Shown one piece after another: positions 9,923 through 19,218 of a stretch of 64,000 nt of DNA. The stretch is from Candidatus Omnitrophota bacterium. GTDB lineage: Bacteria > Omnitrophota > Gorgyraeia > Gygaellales > Profunditerraquicolaceae. A program made the position numbers and the translations under genes. Below the pieces are notes generated by a model that saw nothing but the letters and a program-made list of their open reading frames with translations, was not told where the DNA came from and searched no databases. The stretch is taken from contig VGKG01000002.1 in NCBI GenBank assembly GCA_016867115.1, positions 6,449 through 70,448 on the forward strand. Direction: 5' to 3'. How positions within the stretch are numbered: the stretch's first letter is position 1; the number at the start of each line of letters is the position of its first letter.

Positions 9923-11184
9923 AGCCTTTTCAGGCTGTCATTTACAATCCGGGGAAAGTCAAAGATATAGCGAAGGTCGTCTGCCCGCCTTACGACGTGG
10001 TCTCGCCCGAAGACCGCCAGCGTTACGCCAGGACCCATCCCAATAACCTGATCCATATCCTTTTAAGTAAAGAGGCGGCCGGACAGGATAAGTACAAATG
10101 CGCGGCCCGGTATTTTACCGAATGGCTTAAAGATGAGATCCTTATCCGGGACGAGCGTCCGGCAATATATTTCTACAGCCAGCAATACCTGGTTAAAGGC
10201 GAAAAAAAGACGCGCTTCGGATTCATTACACTCCTTAACCTTGATGACGCGCATTCTTCGGTCTTTAAGCATGAGCATACGCGTCTGGAAGCAAAGGAGG
10301 ACAGGCTTCGGCTGACCAGGGAGGTGAAGGCAAACCTGAGCCCCATATTCGTCGTCTTTAAGGATAAAAAACGCATCATTCAGCGCATCCAGGAACGCTT
10401 CCTGAATAAAGAGCCTTTTATTGATATCGTAAACAGCGAAGGCGTCGCTCATAAGGTCTGGAAGATCGATTCACCCCAAGAGATCGAGATTATCCGGTCA
10501 GGGATGTCGCAAGAGGACATCTATATCGCCGACGGCCATCACCGTTTCGAGGTCGCCTGCGCTTATCAGGAGGAGGCGCGCACCAGCCGCCGCAACCTGA
10601 CGGGCGAGGAGAACTTTAATTACGTCCTGACATACTTTACCAATACCGACCCGCGGGGCCTGGTGATCCTGCCTATACACCGTCTATTAAAATTGGGGGC
10701 GGGAAGCGTTTTTGAGGGATTTAAAGATCGCTTAAAAGAATATTTTGACCTGGAAGAGGTCAGGGATAAGCAGCGGTTTTTCTTCCTGATGCAGAAGGCC
10801 GGCCTCAATGAGCATCTGATCGGGATGTACAAGGGTAAAAAGTTCTGGCTCCTGCGTTTAAAAAATATAAGGGTCCTGGATGAACTGATGGCGGACAAGC
10901 CCAGGGAATACCGTCTGCTTGATGTGGCGATCCTGAACGCGATCGTATTCAGCAAGATCCTGCATGTGGACCTGCAGGATAAGGAATCACTCAGGTACAG
11001 CCCGGATGCCGAAGAGTTCATCTCGGCCTGCGATAATGACGATTCGCTGGTCGCTTTTTTCATGAATCCGGTAAAGATAGAACAGATCATCTCCGTGGCT
11101 GAGAAAAAAGAGCGGATGCCGCCCAAATCGACTTATTTTTATCCGAAAGTCTTATCTGGGCTGGTAATTAATAAGTTTGAATAA
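9910..11184 (+). CDS. DUF1015-family protein (ParB-like fold)
   Basis: PPYDVVS, HEHT, IADGHHR, MPPKSTYFYPK. Confidence 0.9.
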   Translation: MAKIKPFQAVIYNPGKVKDIAKVVCPPYDVVSPEDRQRYARTHPNNLIHILLSKEAAGQDKYKCAARYFTEWLKDEILIRDERPAIYFYSQQYLVKGEKKTRFGFITLLNLDDAHSSVFKHEHTRLEAKEDRLRLTREVKANLSPIFVVFKDKKRIIQRIQERFLNKEPFIDIVNSEGVAHKVWKIDSPQEIEIIRSGMSQEDIYIADGHHRFEVACAYQEEARTSRRNLTGEENFNYVLTYFTNTDPRGLVILPIHRLLKLGAGSVFEGFKDRLKEYFDLEEVRDKQRFFFLMQKAGLNEHLIGMYKGKKFWLLRLKNIRVLDELMADKPREYRLLDVAILNAIVFSKILHVDLQDKESLRYSPDAEEFISACDNDDSLVAFFMNPVKIEQIISVAEKKERMPPKSTYFYPKVLSGLVINKFE

Positions 11185-11194
11185 GCACGACTGA

Positions 11195-11435
11195 TCATTA
11201 TAGCCCCGCCCTTGCACGCAAGGGCGGGATAAATTCGCATCCGCTGCATATAATTTAACGAGGCAGCTATAACTTACATCGCTCTTTCAGAGCTTCTGTA
11301 AGTTATCTGCTCATTATAGCATCGCCTCGAGTTTGCTAGGGCGATGTAAATTCACAGACGCTGCATATAATTAAACGAGGCAGCTACAACTTATGTTCGC
11401 TTACTTCGTTCGCTCCATAAGTTGTCTGCTCATTT
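11195..11435 (+). repeat. Two tandem copies of a ~116-120-nt two-hairpin element
   Basis: Units start at 11195 and 11311 (TCATTATAGC) and share TAAATTCrCA..CGCTGCATATAATT.AACGAGGCAGCT...CTGCTCATT; homolog at 44724-44843. Confidence 0.85.
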
Positions 11436-11436
11436 A

Positions 11437-12276
11437 ATGGCACTATTCGGAAAACCTAAATACACGATTGTAAGGCTTAAGAAAAAAGAGATCCCCGACG
11501 GGCTCTGGACCAAGTGCGAAGAGTGCTCCCAGGTGCTTTACAATAAAACGCTGGAAGAGAGCCTGAAGGTCTGCCCCAAATGCAACTACCACTTCACCCT
11601 CGGGGCATACGAAAGGATAAACTCGCTTTTAGATAAAGACACCTTTCAGGAATACGATAAGGATATGGCCGCCGCCGACCCTCTGGATTTTAAGGGGCCG
11701 AAGACCTATAAAGAAAAGCTCGCCCAGGACCAGGCTGCCACAGGCCTTAAGGATGCGGTCGTCTCCGGAGGGGGGCTACTGGATAATAAGAAGGTGATTA
11801 TCGCGGTCACGGATTCGCGTTTTATCATGGGTTCCATGGGCTCGGTGGTCGGCGAGAAGATCACCCGTGCCATTGAACAGGCGACCCGACAGAAACTCCC
11901 GGTTATTATCGTCTCGGGTTCAGGCGGCGGGGCAAGGATGTACGAGGGGATGTACAGCCTGATGCAGATGGCAAAGACCTGTGCTGCGCTTTCATATCAT
12001 AAGAAGGCAGGGCTTGCCTATATTTCTATATTGACCAACCCGACGATGGCCGGGGTCATGGCCAGTTTCGCGGGGGTAGGCGATGTGATCATCGCCGAGC
12101 CGAAGGCCCTGATCGGTTTTACCGGGCCGCGCGTGATCGAGCAGACGATCAGGCAGAAGCTTCCGCCGGGATTCCAGCGTTCGGAGTTCCTGCTTGAACA
12201 CGGGCTCATCGATATGATCATCCACCGCAAGAACCTGAAGGATTCATTAAGCAAGCTGATCGAATATTTAAGCTAG
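11437..12276 (+). CDS. accD: Acetyl-CoA carboxylase carboxyltransferase beta subunit
   Basis: GLWTKCxxC..CPKC zinc finger, GSMGSVVGEK, GGARM, IGFTGPRVIEQT, FQRSEFLLEHG. Confidence 0.96.
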   Translation: MALFGKPKYTIVRLKKKEIPDGLWTKCEECSQVLYNKTLEESLKVCPKCNYHFTLGAYERINSLLDKDTFQEYDKDMAAADPLDFKGPKTYKEKLAQDQAATGLKDAVVSGGGLLDNKKVIIAVTDSRFIMGSMGSVVGEKITRAIEQATRQKLPVIIVSGSGGGARMYEGMYSLMQMAKTCAALSYHKKAGLAYISILTNPTMAGVMASFAGVGDVIIAEPKALIGFTGPRVIEQTIRQKLPPGFQRSEFLLEHGLIDMIIHRKNLKDSLSKLIEYLS

Positions 12277-12300
12277 GGCCTTCTTAAAAAGGCGGGATCT

Positions 12301-13404
12301 ATGGCGCAGGTAAGGCTCAAGGGTGTCACCAAGGTCTATCCCGGAAACGTCAGGGCGGTTGAGAGCATTAATCTTGGCGTCGAGAATAAGGAGTTCATGG
12401 TCCTGGTAGGCCCTTCGGGCTGCGGCAAATCCACGGCCCTGAGGATGATCGCAGGCCTTGAGGAGGTGACGGCCGGGGATATCTATATCGGCGACAGGCG
12501 GGTAAACGATGTCCCGGCAAAAGACAGGGATATCGCCATGGTCTTTCAGACTTACGCGCTTTATCCGCACATGACTGTCTTTGAAAATATGGCTTTTGGT
12601 CTGCGCCTGCGGCACATCCCTAAGTCGGAGATAATCCAGCGCGTAAACGATGCCGCGGATATTCTGGGGATCAGGCGGCTCCTGAACCGTAAACCGCGGG
12701 AACTTTCGGGCGGCGAACGCCAGCGCGTAGCCGTAGGCAGGGCGATCGTGCGCAAGCCCGTGGCTTTCCTGTTTGACGAGCCCCTGAGTAATCTGGATGC
12801 GAAACTTCGCGGAGAGATGCGCACCGAGATCCATAAGCTGCACATCCGGCTGCAGACCACCGTTATCTACGTCACCCACGATCAGGTGGAGGCGATGACG
12901 ATGGGGGACCGCATCGCGGTAATGAGAGACGGCATCATCCAGCAGGTGGCTGACCCCATCACCGTCTACGACCGTCCCGCGAACAAGTTCGTAGCCGGTT
13001 TCATCGGCTCTCCGCCGATGAACTTTATGGCCGGCCGGGTGGCAAAAAAGGACGGCAGGCTCTATTTCGACGAGGGAAAGTTCGTCGTCAAGATCGTCGA
13101 GGACATGCATTCCGCATTGACCCCCTATATAGGCAAAGAAGTGGTCTTCGGCATACGTTGCGAAGATATTTACGATAAGCTTTTTGTTTCCGAGGCTCCT
13201 CCTGAAAATATCGTCAGGGTGACCTGCGAGGTTTACGAGCCTATGGGATCAGAAGTGTACCTGTATCTAGATACCGGCAGACACAGCTTTACCGCCAGGG
13301 TCGGCGCTCATGACCGGCCTAAAGTCAACCAGGATATGGACCTTGTCTTTGACATGAGCAAGGTGCACTTCTTCGATAAAGACAGCGAAGAGACGATTGT
13401 TTAG
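12301..13404 (+). CDS. Carbohydrate ABC transporter ATP-binding subunit (MalK/MsiK/UgpC family)
   Basis: GPSGCGKS, LSGGERQRVA, DEPLSNLDAKLR, FIGSPPMN, C-terminal OB/TOBE. Confidence 0.93.
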   Translation: MAQVRLKGVTKVYPGNVRAVESINLGVENKEFMVLVGPSGCGKSTALRMIAGLEEVTAGDIYIGDRRVNDVPAKDRDIAMVFQTYALYPHMTVFENMAFGLRLRHIPKSEIIQRVNDAADILGIRRLLNRKPRELSGGERQRVAVGRAIVRKPVAFLFDEPLSNLDAKLRGEMRTEIHKLHIRLQTTVIYVTHDQVEAMTMGDRIAVMRDGIIQQVADPITVYDRPANKFVAGFIGSPPMNFMAGRVAKKDGRLYFDEGKFVVKIVEDMHSALTPYIGKEVVFGIRCEDIYDKLFVSEAPPENIVRVTCEVYEPMGSEVYLYLDTGRHSFTARVGAHDRPKVNQDMDLVFDMSKVHFFDKDSEETIV

Positions 13405-14665
13405 AATAGCCGGCCAAATCATTATATTCGGTTTTCTCTACTTGCTGCTGCCGTTTTATCTAAGCGCATTCTATGCCCAAGGTGCGCTTGTTCTATTTTA
13501 TTTTTACCTTGCCGTAACAACCGTTTCCGTTATCCTCTTTAAGGCCTATTCCGGAAAAAAATATTACTTCGCCTATCAGCTTCAGACGGTCCAGGAAGAA
13601 ATGAACGTCTCCGGTGATACCCTGCGCAAGGAAAGGGAAAAGCACGATGCCCTCCAGGATAAGATCCTGCGCTACCGTAGCCTTAAGCAGATCGTCGAGG
13701 AGTTAAATAAAAACCTGGACATGGATTATGTCGCAGGAGAACTCACCGCGATCGCTTTTTCCCAGATCTGCAGGTCAAAGGGCACCTGTCTTCTTTATCT
13801 TGTAGATAATTCGACGCAGAGATTGAACCTTTTTAAGGCAAAAAAAGAGGATAAGAAGCTGGTCATCAGGACAAAAGAGGGGGATATCTTCGATTTCTGG
13901 GTGATGCGCCAGGCGACCCCGCTTTTGATCGAAGACATCGGAAAGGACTTCCGCTTTGACCGGGAAAAACTGAGGGACCGGGACCTGAGGCCGGTCGGCT
14001 CATTAGCCAGCGCGCCCTTTGTCGCAGAGAACCGCATCCTCGGGATATTAAGGCTGGATAATCCGCAGGCGAACTTTTTCACTCAGGAGGACCTGAGGTT
14101 CCTGGTAAACCTCTCGGACCTGGGGGCGGTTGCGCTCGAGAACAGTGAACTCTTTTTACGCACCCAGGACCTGGCCATCCATGACGAATTGACGGGGCTT
14201 TTCACCAAAGGTTATTTTATGGAGCGCCTGAAAGAGGAGTGCCGCAGGTCTTTGCGCCAGAACGCCTCTTTTTGCCTGTTTATGCTTGATATCGACCGTT
14301 TCAAGGATTACAACGACAGGTTCGGGCACAGCGCAGGCGACATCGTCCTGAAAAATATGGCTAAGACTATCGGGGAGAAATTATCCGGTTTAAGCCCCCT
14401 GATCAGCCGTTTCGGCGGTGAAGAGTTTTGCGTGTTGCTGCCCGGCATGGAAAAGCCGCGCGGGCCCGGGATCGCCGACAGCTTAAGAAAGGCGATAGAA
14501 GAGGAGAAGGTGCTCCTGCGCCGCCAGGAGACGCATGTCACGGTCTCGATAGGCGTGGCGGGTTTCCCGCAGGACGGTACCGGCGAGGAGGACCTCATCC
14601 GCGCAGCGGATCAGGCGATGTATAAAGCGAAGCAGCAAGGCAGGAATAAGGTATGCCCGGCTTGA
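13397..14665 (+). CDS. Membrane-anchored GAF-GGDEF diguanylate cyclase
   Basis: Two N-terminal TM segments, coiled coil, GAF-like region, DELTGL, DIDRFK, RFGGEEF. Confidence 0.9.
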   Translation: MFRIAGQIIIFGFLYLLLPFYLSAFYAQGALVLFYFYLAVTTVSVILFKAYSGKKYYFAYQLQTVQEEMNVSGDTLRKEREKHDALQDKILRYRSLKQIVEELNKNLDMDYVAGELTAIAFSQICRSKGTCLLYLVDNSTQRLNLFKAKKEDKKLVIRTKEGDIFDFWVMRQATPLLIEDIGKDFRFDREKLRDRDLRPVGSLASAPFVAENRILGILRLDNPQANFFTQEDLRFLVNLSDLGAVALENSELFLRTQDLAIHDELTGLFTKGYFMERLKEECRRSLRQNASFCLFMLDIDRFKDYNDRFGHSAGDIVLKNMAKTIGEKLSGLSPLISRFGGEEFCVLLPGMEKPRGPGIADSLRKAIEEEKVLLRRQETHVTVSIGVAGFPQDGTGEEDLIRAADQAMYKAKQQGRNKVCPA

Positions 14666-15648
14666 TTATATTTATTTTACTGCTGGCACTCGTCTCAATC
14701 CGGCTAAACGGGACCTTTTCGGTGAGATTGCGGCGCATACAGGCGGATTTTGAGCAGCTGCGTTCTGAGCAGAAGAACTTAAGCCGTGCGATCGCTAAAT
14801 TAAAGGAGGAAAACCTGCAGCTTGAAAGGCAGGCTTCCGAGACGACCGCGCTTTACGATATTACTCGCGAGATCTGCAAGACCCTTGAGGAAGAAAAGGT
14901 CCTTGCGCTTTTACGCGAACAGATCGACAGGTACCTGAAGGTGGATGACTGCCTATTCATCAGGCAGGGTGAATCGCTCGACGGGTATAAAGATTATACG
15001 GTGCTGCCGCTTTCCATCCAGAATAAGACCGTCGGGTATCTGGTGGCAAAGGGCGTAAGAGAGAGGGAGAGCGAGAAGTTCTTTATCCTCGCCGGCCAGT
15101 TCCTCATCGGTATCAAGAGGGCTTATCTGTACCGGAAGATCCAGGAGCTTGCTATCACCGACAGCCTGACCAGGGTATTCAGCCGGCGCTATTTCCTGGA
15201 AAGGTTCAGGGAGGAGGTTGAGCGCTCGCGCAAACAGAAATACGAACTGAGCTTCCTGATGGTGGATATCGACCATTTCAAGGAGATCAATGATAATTAC
15301 GGCCACCTGGTGGGGGATGCGATCCTGAGGGAGGTCTCCACGACGATCAAAGAGAATATCAGGCAGATGGACTTCATGGGCCGCTACGGAGGAGAAGAGC
15401 TTTCTATCGTGCTGCCTGAGACCGATAAAGAGCAGGCGGTACTTGTGGCAGAACGTATCCGTAAGACCCTGGAGTCGAAACAAATGTCCATATATGACGA
15501 ACGTTTAGGCGTTACGATAAGTATCGGCATCTCCACCTTCCCCAAAGATTCCGCCGATTTAGGAGACCTGATCGACCGGTCCGATGAGGCCCTGTATCAG
15601 GCAAAACAGTCGGGCAGGAACCGCGTTTGTATCTACGCAAAAGAGTAA
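14653..15648 (+). CDS. Membrane-anchored GGDEF diguanylate cyclase
   Basis: One N-terminal TM, coiled coil, DIDHFK, RQMD I-site, RYGGEEL. Confidence 0.9.
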   Translation: MPGLIIFILLLALVSIRLNGTFSVRLRRIQADFEQLRSEQKNLSRAIAKLKEENLQLERQASETTALYDITREICKTLEEEKVLALLREQIDRYLKVDDCLFIRQGESLDGYKDYTVLPLSIQNKTVGYLVAKGVRERESEKFFILAGQFLIGIKRAYLYRKIQELAITDSLTRVFSRRYFLERFREEVERSRKQKYELSFLMVDIDHFKEINDNYGHLVGDAILREVSTTIKENIRQMDFMGRYGGEELSIVLPETDKEQAVLVAERIRKTLESKQMSIYDERLGVTISIGISTFPKDSADLGDLIDRSDEALYQAKQSGRNRVCIYAKE

Positions 15649-15654
15649 TATTTC

Positions 15655-15683
15655 TTGCTTTTTCCCCTGTTTTAAGATAAAAT
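15655..15683 (+). promoter_or_regulatory. Putative sigma70 promoter for ROK-lptD-nucleotide sugar genes
   Basis: TTGCTT-N17-TAAAAT in AT-rich gap. Confidence 0.55.
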
Positions 15684-15742
15684 ATTTTAATTTATATTTT
15701 AATTTCTTGGCTTAATCATAACAATCTTAAAAATTACAGACA

Positions 15743-16663
15743 ATGGCGGCAAAATATGTCATCGGGATCGATTTAGGCGGCACAAACCTCAAGATCGCCG
15801 TCCTTGATTTCAGGGTTAAGATCAGAAGAAAACTTATCTTAAGCACGCGCTCCTTCAAGAAAAAAGAAGAACTGATCAGGGCGCTCTGCCTGGGCATCAG
15901 AGAAATAGTCAGGCAGTCAGGATTAACGAAGGCCGATATCAGGGCGGTGGGCATCGGGTTGCCCGGGCCGGTGGACGTAGAGAAAGGCTTAGTCCATTTC
16001 TTCCCCAACATTCCGGGCTTTAAAGAAGTATGTTTAAGAGGCATCCTGAGAAAGAGATTGGGCCTCGGTATTTTTCTGGATAATGACGCCAATCTTATGT
16101 GCCTTGCCGAGCACAGATTCGGAGCAGCAAAGGGGAGCCGGAACGCCTTCTGTATTACCCTGGGAACAGGGGTGGGAGGAGGCTTGATTATTAACGGAAG
16201 TCTTTACCGCGCAAGGTCTTTTGCCGCTGGTGAAATCGGACATCTTCCCCTGAATGAAAACGGGCCGCGTTGTAATTGCGGCGGCATTGCCTGCCTTGAA
16301 GCCTACATCGGCAACAATCGCATCAGATCCCAAGCAAAAAAAGTTTTCGGCCACAGCATCACTCTTGAAGAGTTGAGCCTTCTTGCGAAAAGGGGCAATA
16401 AAAAGGCCCTTAGGGTATGGAAGGTCATCGGCAGGCATTTAGGAGTCGCGTTGAGTTCAATTGTCAATGTATTAAGCCCGGATATTATCGTTATCGGTGG
16501 CGGGGTGGCTGATGCTGGAAGAGCCTTGTTTAAAGAAACCAGAAGGACAGTCGCTGCGCGGGCAATGCCTGTGCAGTCAAGGCATGTGAAAATATCGCCT
16601 GCTTTACTCGGACAGGATGCGGGCCTGATCGGAGCCGGGATCATTGCCTGGCAGGGTAATTAA
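15743..16663 (+). CDS. ROK-family sugar kinase (glucokinase-like)
   Basis: GIDLGGT, DNDAN, TLGTGVGGG, GEIGH, CxCGxxxCLE; no N-terminal HTH. Confidence 0.92.
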   Translation: MAAKYVIGIDLGGTNLKIAVLDFRVKIRRKLILSTRSFKKKEELIRALCLGIREIVRQSGLTKADIRAVGIGLPGPVDVEKGLVHFFPNIPGFKEVCLRGILRKRLGLGIFLDNDANLMCLAEHRFGAAKGSRNAFCITLGTGVGGGLIINGSLYRARSFAAGEIGHLPLNENGPRCNCGGIACLEAYIGNNRIRSQAKKVFGHSITLEELSLLAKRGNKKALRVWKVIGRHLGVALSSIVNVLSPDIIVIGGGVADAGRALFKETRRTVAARAMPVQSRHVKISPALLGQDAGLIGAGIIAWQGN

Positions 16664-16666
16664 GCG

Positions 16667-19147
16667 ATGAAAAAAAAGTTAATAATATTTTCCGCGGTCC
16701 TGGGTTTAGTTCTTGGCCCAGGGATCCTTTTTGCGCAGGAAGAAAAAGTAGGAGCGGTAAGGTCTGCGCTTGATGCTCAGGAACAGGCAAAAGCAGAAAG
16801 CGTCAAAGAAACGCTGGATAAACAGGAGTCAGCTGCTCAGGCCCTTGATGCAACCGCTGAAATAGCCGCTGCAACAACCGAAACTCTCCAAGAAACGCCC
16901 CAAGGGACTCCCCTGGAAACTGTTCAAGAAACCGCTCAGGAAGCCCGCCAGGAAGTCAGCGTCCCGTCCCAGGAGCAGGCAGCTGAAACAGAACCTGTCC
17001 ATCGGGAGGCAGGGCAAGCAATCGAGTTCATAAAAAAAGAATCTATGGCTGAAGAAGAGAAGGGTCCCCAGCCCATCGTGGTCAACGGCGATAAGGTAGA
17101 GTACTCAGCCGACACTAAAGACGTCACTGCAATCGGAAACGTGGAAGTGGTTTATAAGGGCGCAAAACTTACCTGTCAGAAACTGACGGTGAATACCCTG
17201 ACCAGACAGGGGGTCGCGGAAGGCAACGCCCGCTTAGACGATGAGCGCGGGGTCATCGAGGGACAGAAGATCGTCTACAATTTTGAGACCAAGTCCGGCA
17301 TCATGATGAACGCAAAGTTCATGGCCAATCCCTATTTCGGCCGGGCCAAGAAGCTTGAGAAGGTCGGAGATACGGCGTATGTGGGATACCGGACTTTTAT
17401 TACCACCTGCAGCATGGACCACCCGCATTACAAATTGGGGACAAAGAACTTCAAGATGATCCCGGGAGAGAAGATAGAAACGCGCGATGACGCCTTCTAT
17501 GTGGGAGATATTCCGCTTGCCTATATACCCAGGTTTAACCGCAGCCTGAAAGACCCACTGATGCATGTGCGGGTGGTGCCGGGAAAAACCAAGGACTGGG
17601 GCCCGTATGTCTTAAGCGCCTGGAGGTATAACCTTAACGATTACATGGACGGCCGGATCTACCTGGATTTCCGCAAGAAGCTGGGCTGGGCAGAGGGTTT
17701 CGGCCTCAATTACCGCACCCCGGGTTTTGGCAAGGGCGATTTTAAGTTTTATTTCACCCGGGAAAAACCGGAAAATATCCCTCCTGAGTCTCGCCAGACT
17801 TACACCAGGGAGCTGGTGCGCTGGCGCCATAAATGGGATATCGACGAACGCACTGACTTTATCTCCGAGTTCTACAAGATCAAGGACGACAGAAGAAAGT
17901 TCCAGGACCCGCAGAGGAATATCCTTAAGGATTATTTCTTCCGCGAGTATGAAAAGGATTCCGAGCCGCTTACTTACGCCCTGCTTCACCATAATTTCCA
18001 GTATTCAACGCTGGATTTTCTCATCCAGAAACGCACTAACCCATGGTATGATCAGCTCAGTAAGCTTCCGGAACTCAAGTATATCCTTCCGCGCATCCAG
18101 ATAGGCGAGACGCCTTTATATTTTGAGAATAACACGACCTTCGGCAATTACGACAAGAACGCCACCCTCACCCCCGTTACTCCCGATGAAGAGGATGTGA
18201 CCAGGTTTGACACGACCAACAAGTTTTCCCTGCCGATGAAGGTCTCATTTTTCCGGGTCACCCCTTTTGTAGCCAGCCGCGAGACTTTCTACGATAAAGG
18301 CAGCCAGGGCAAGGCTCATCCCATGCGGTCGATCTTCTACACCGGCGCGGACATCAGCACCAAGTTTTACCGCGTCTTTGACGTGAAGAGCAATTTTCTG
18401 GGGATGAATATCGAAGGCCTGCGGCATATCATTACGCCGCTGGTCAGCTACAATTATAACCATAAGCCTTCGGTGTCGAGCAGCCAGCTGAAACAGATCG
18501 ACAGCGTAGACGGCCTCAGGCGCAACAATTCGGTGAGCCTGGAACTGTCCAACAAGCTGCAGACCAAGCGTAACGGCAGGAGTGTAGACCTGCTGGATTT
18601 CCGCGTCGACACTTCTTATATCATCAAGCCCAAGGGTACCGAGAAGTCGGGGAGTAATTTTTCCGACTTCCTGTTTAACCTGAAGCTCCTGCCTTATTCG
18701 TGGCTCAGGATCCAGGGAGATGCCACCTATACGCATTCCGGCAGCCGCAGTAACACCAATTATAATAAGTTTACCGATGCCAACTACGATATTAATTTCC
18801 ATTTCGGCGAAGAGAGGTCTATCGGCATAGGCCAGCGCTATGAACGTAAGGGCGGAAACGAGATCACCGCAAATATGGTCTGGCGGCTGAACCCGAAATG
18901 GAAGTTCTCTTTTTATCAGCGGCATAACCGCGGACACGAGCCGACCCTGACGCGCGGCCTGCGCGAGCAGGAGTATACCATCACCCGCGACCTGCACTGC
19001 TGGGAGGCGTCTCTGAGCTGGAACAGGAAGAAGACGGAAGGCGATACTATCTGGGTCATCTTTCGCCTGAAGGCATTTCCTGAGGGCGAGTTCGGCTTTA
19101 ACCAGTCCTACAACGAGCCTAAGTCCGGCTCGCAGAATAACCCTTAA
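16667..19147 (+). CDS. lptD: LPS-assembly protein LptD-like outer-membrane protein
   Basis: Signal peptide, OstA-like jellyroll (GNVEVVY..L..), ITTCSMDHPHY, aromatic barrel, RDLHCWE near C-terminus. Confidence 0.8.
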   Translation: MKKKLIIFSAVLGLVLGPGILFAQEEKVGAVRSALDAQEQAKAESVKETLDKQESAAQALDATAEIAAATTETLQETPQGTPLETVQETAQEARQEVSVPSQEQAAETEPVHREAGQAIEFIKKESMAEEEKGPQPIVVNGDKVEYSADTKDVTAIGNVEVVYKGAKLTCQKLTVNTLTRQGVAEGNARLDDERGVIEGQKIVYNFETKSGIMMNAKFMANPYFGRAKKLEKVGDTAYVGYRTFITTCSMDHPHYKLGTKNFKMIPGEKIETRDDAFYVGDIPLAYIPRFNRSLKDPLMHVRVVPGKTKDWGPYVLSAWRYNLNDYMDGRIYLDFRKKLGWAEGFGLNYRTPGFGKGDFKFYFTREKPENIPPESRQTYTRELVRWRHKWDIDERTDFISEFYKIKDDRRKFQDPQRNILKDYFFREYEKDSEPLTYALLHHNFQYSTLDFLIQKRTNPWYDQLSKLPELKYILPRIQIGETPLYFENNTTFGNYDKNATLTPVTPDEEDVTRFDTTNKFSLPMKVSFFRVTPFVASRETFYDKGSQGKAHPMRSIFYTGADISTKFYRVFDVKSNFLGMNIEGLRHIITPLVSYNYNHKPSVSSSQLKQIDSVDGLRRNNSVSLELSNKLQTKRNGRSVDLLDFRVDTSYIIKPKGTEKSGSNFSDFLFNLKLLPYSWLRIQGDATYTHSGSRSNTNYNKFTDANYDINFHFGEERSIGIGQRYERKGGNEITANMVWRLNPKWKFSFYQRHNRGHEPTLTRGLREQEYTITRDLHCWEASLSWNRKKTEGDTIWVIFRLKAFPEGEFGFNQSYNEPKSGSQNNP

Positions 19148-19218
19148 GCAAACTTCCTCACCCGATAACCTGCTTAAAGGGCACTTGCCGACGATCAAGA
19201 GAAAGGAAAGGTAGAGAA

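Noticed and set aside
11195-11435. CRISPR array or known riboswitch
   Set aside because: Units are ~120 nt with covarying stems, not identical repeats with unique spacers; no cas genes; no riboswitch consensus that I recognise
12268-13110. 280-aa minus-strand ORF
   Set aside because: Antisense shadow of the conserved ABC ATPase, a common artefact
18245-19198. 317-aa minus-strand ORF
   Set aside because: Lies opposite lptD, has no motifs, and is explained by codon bias
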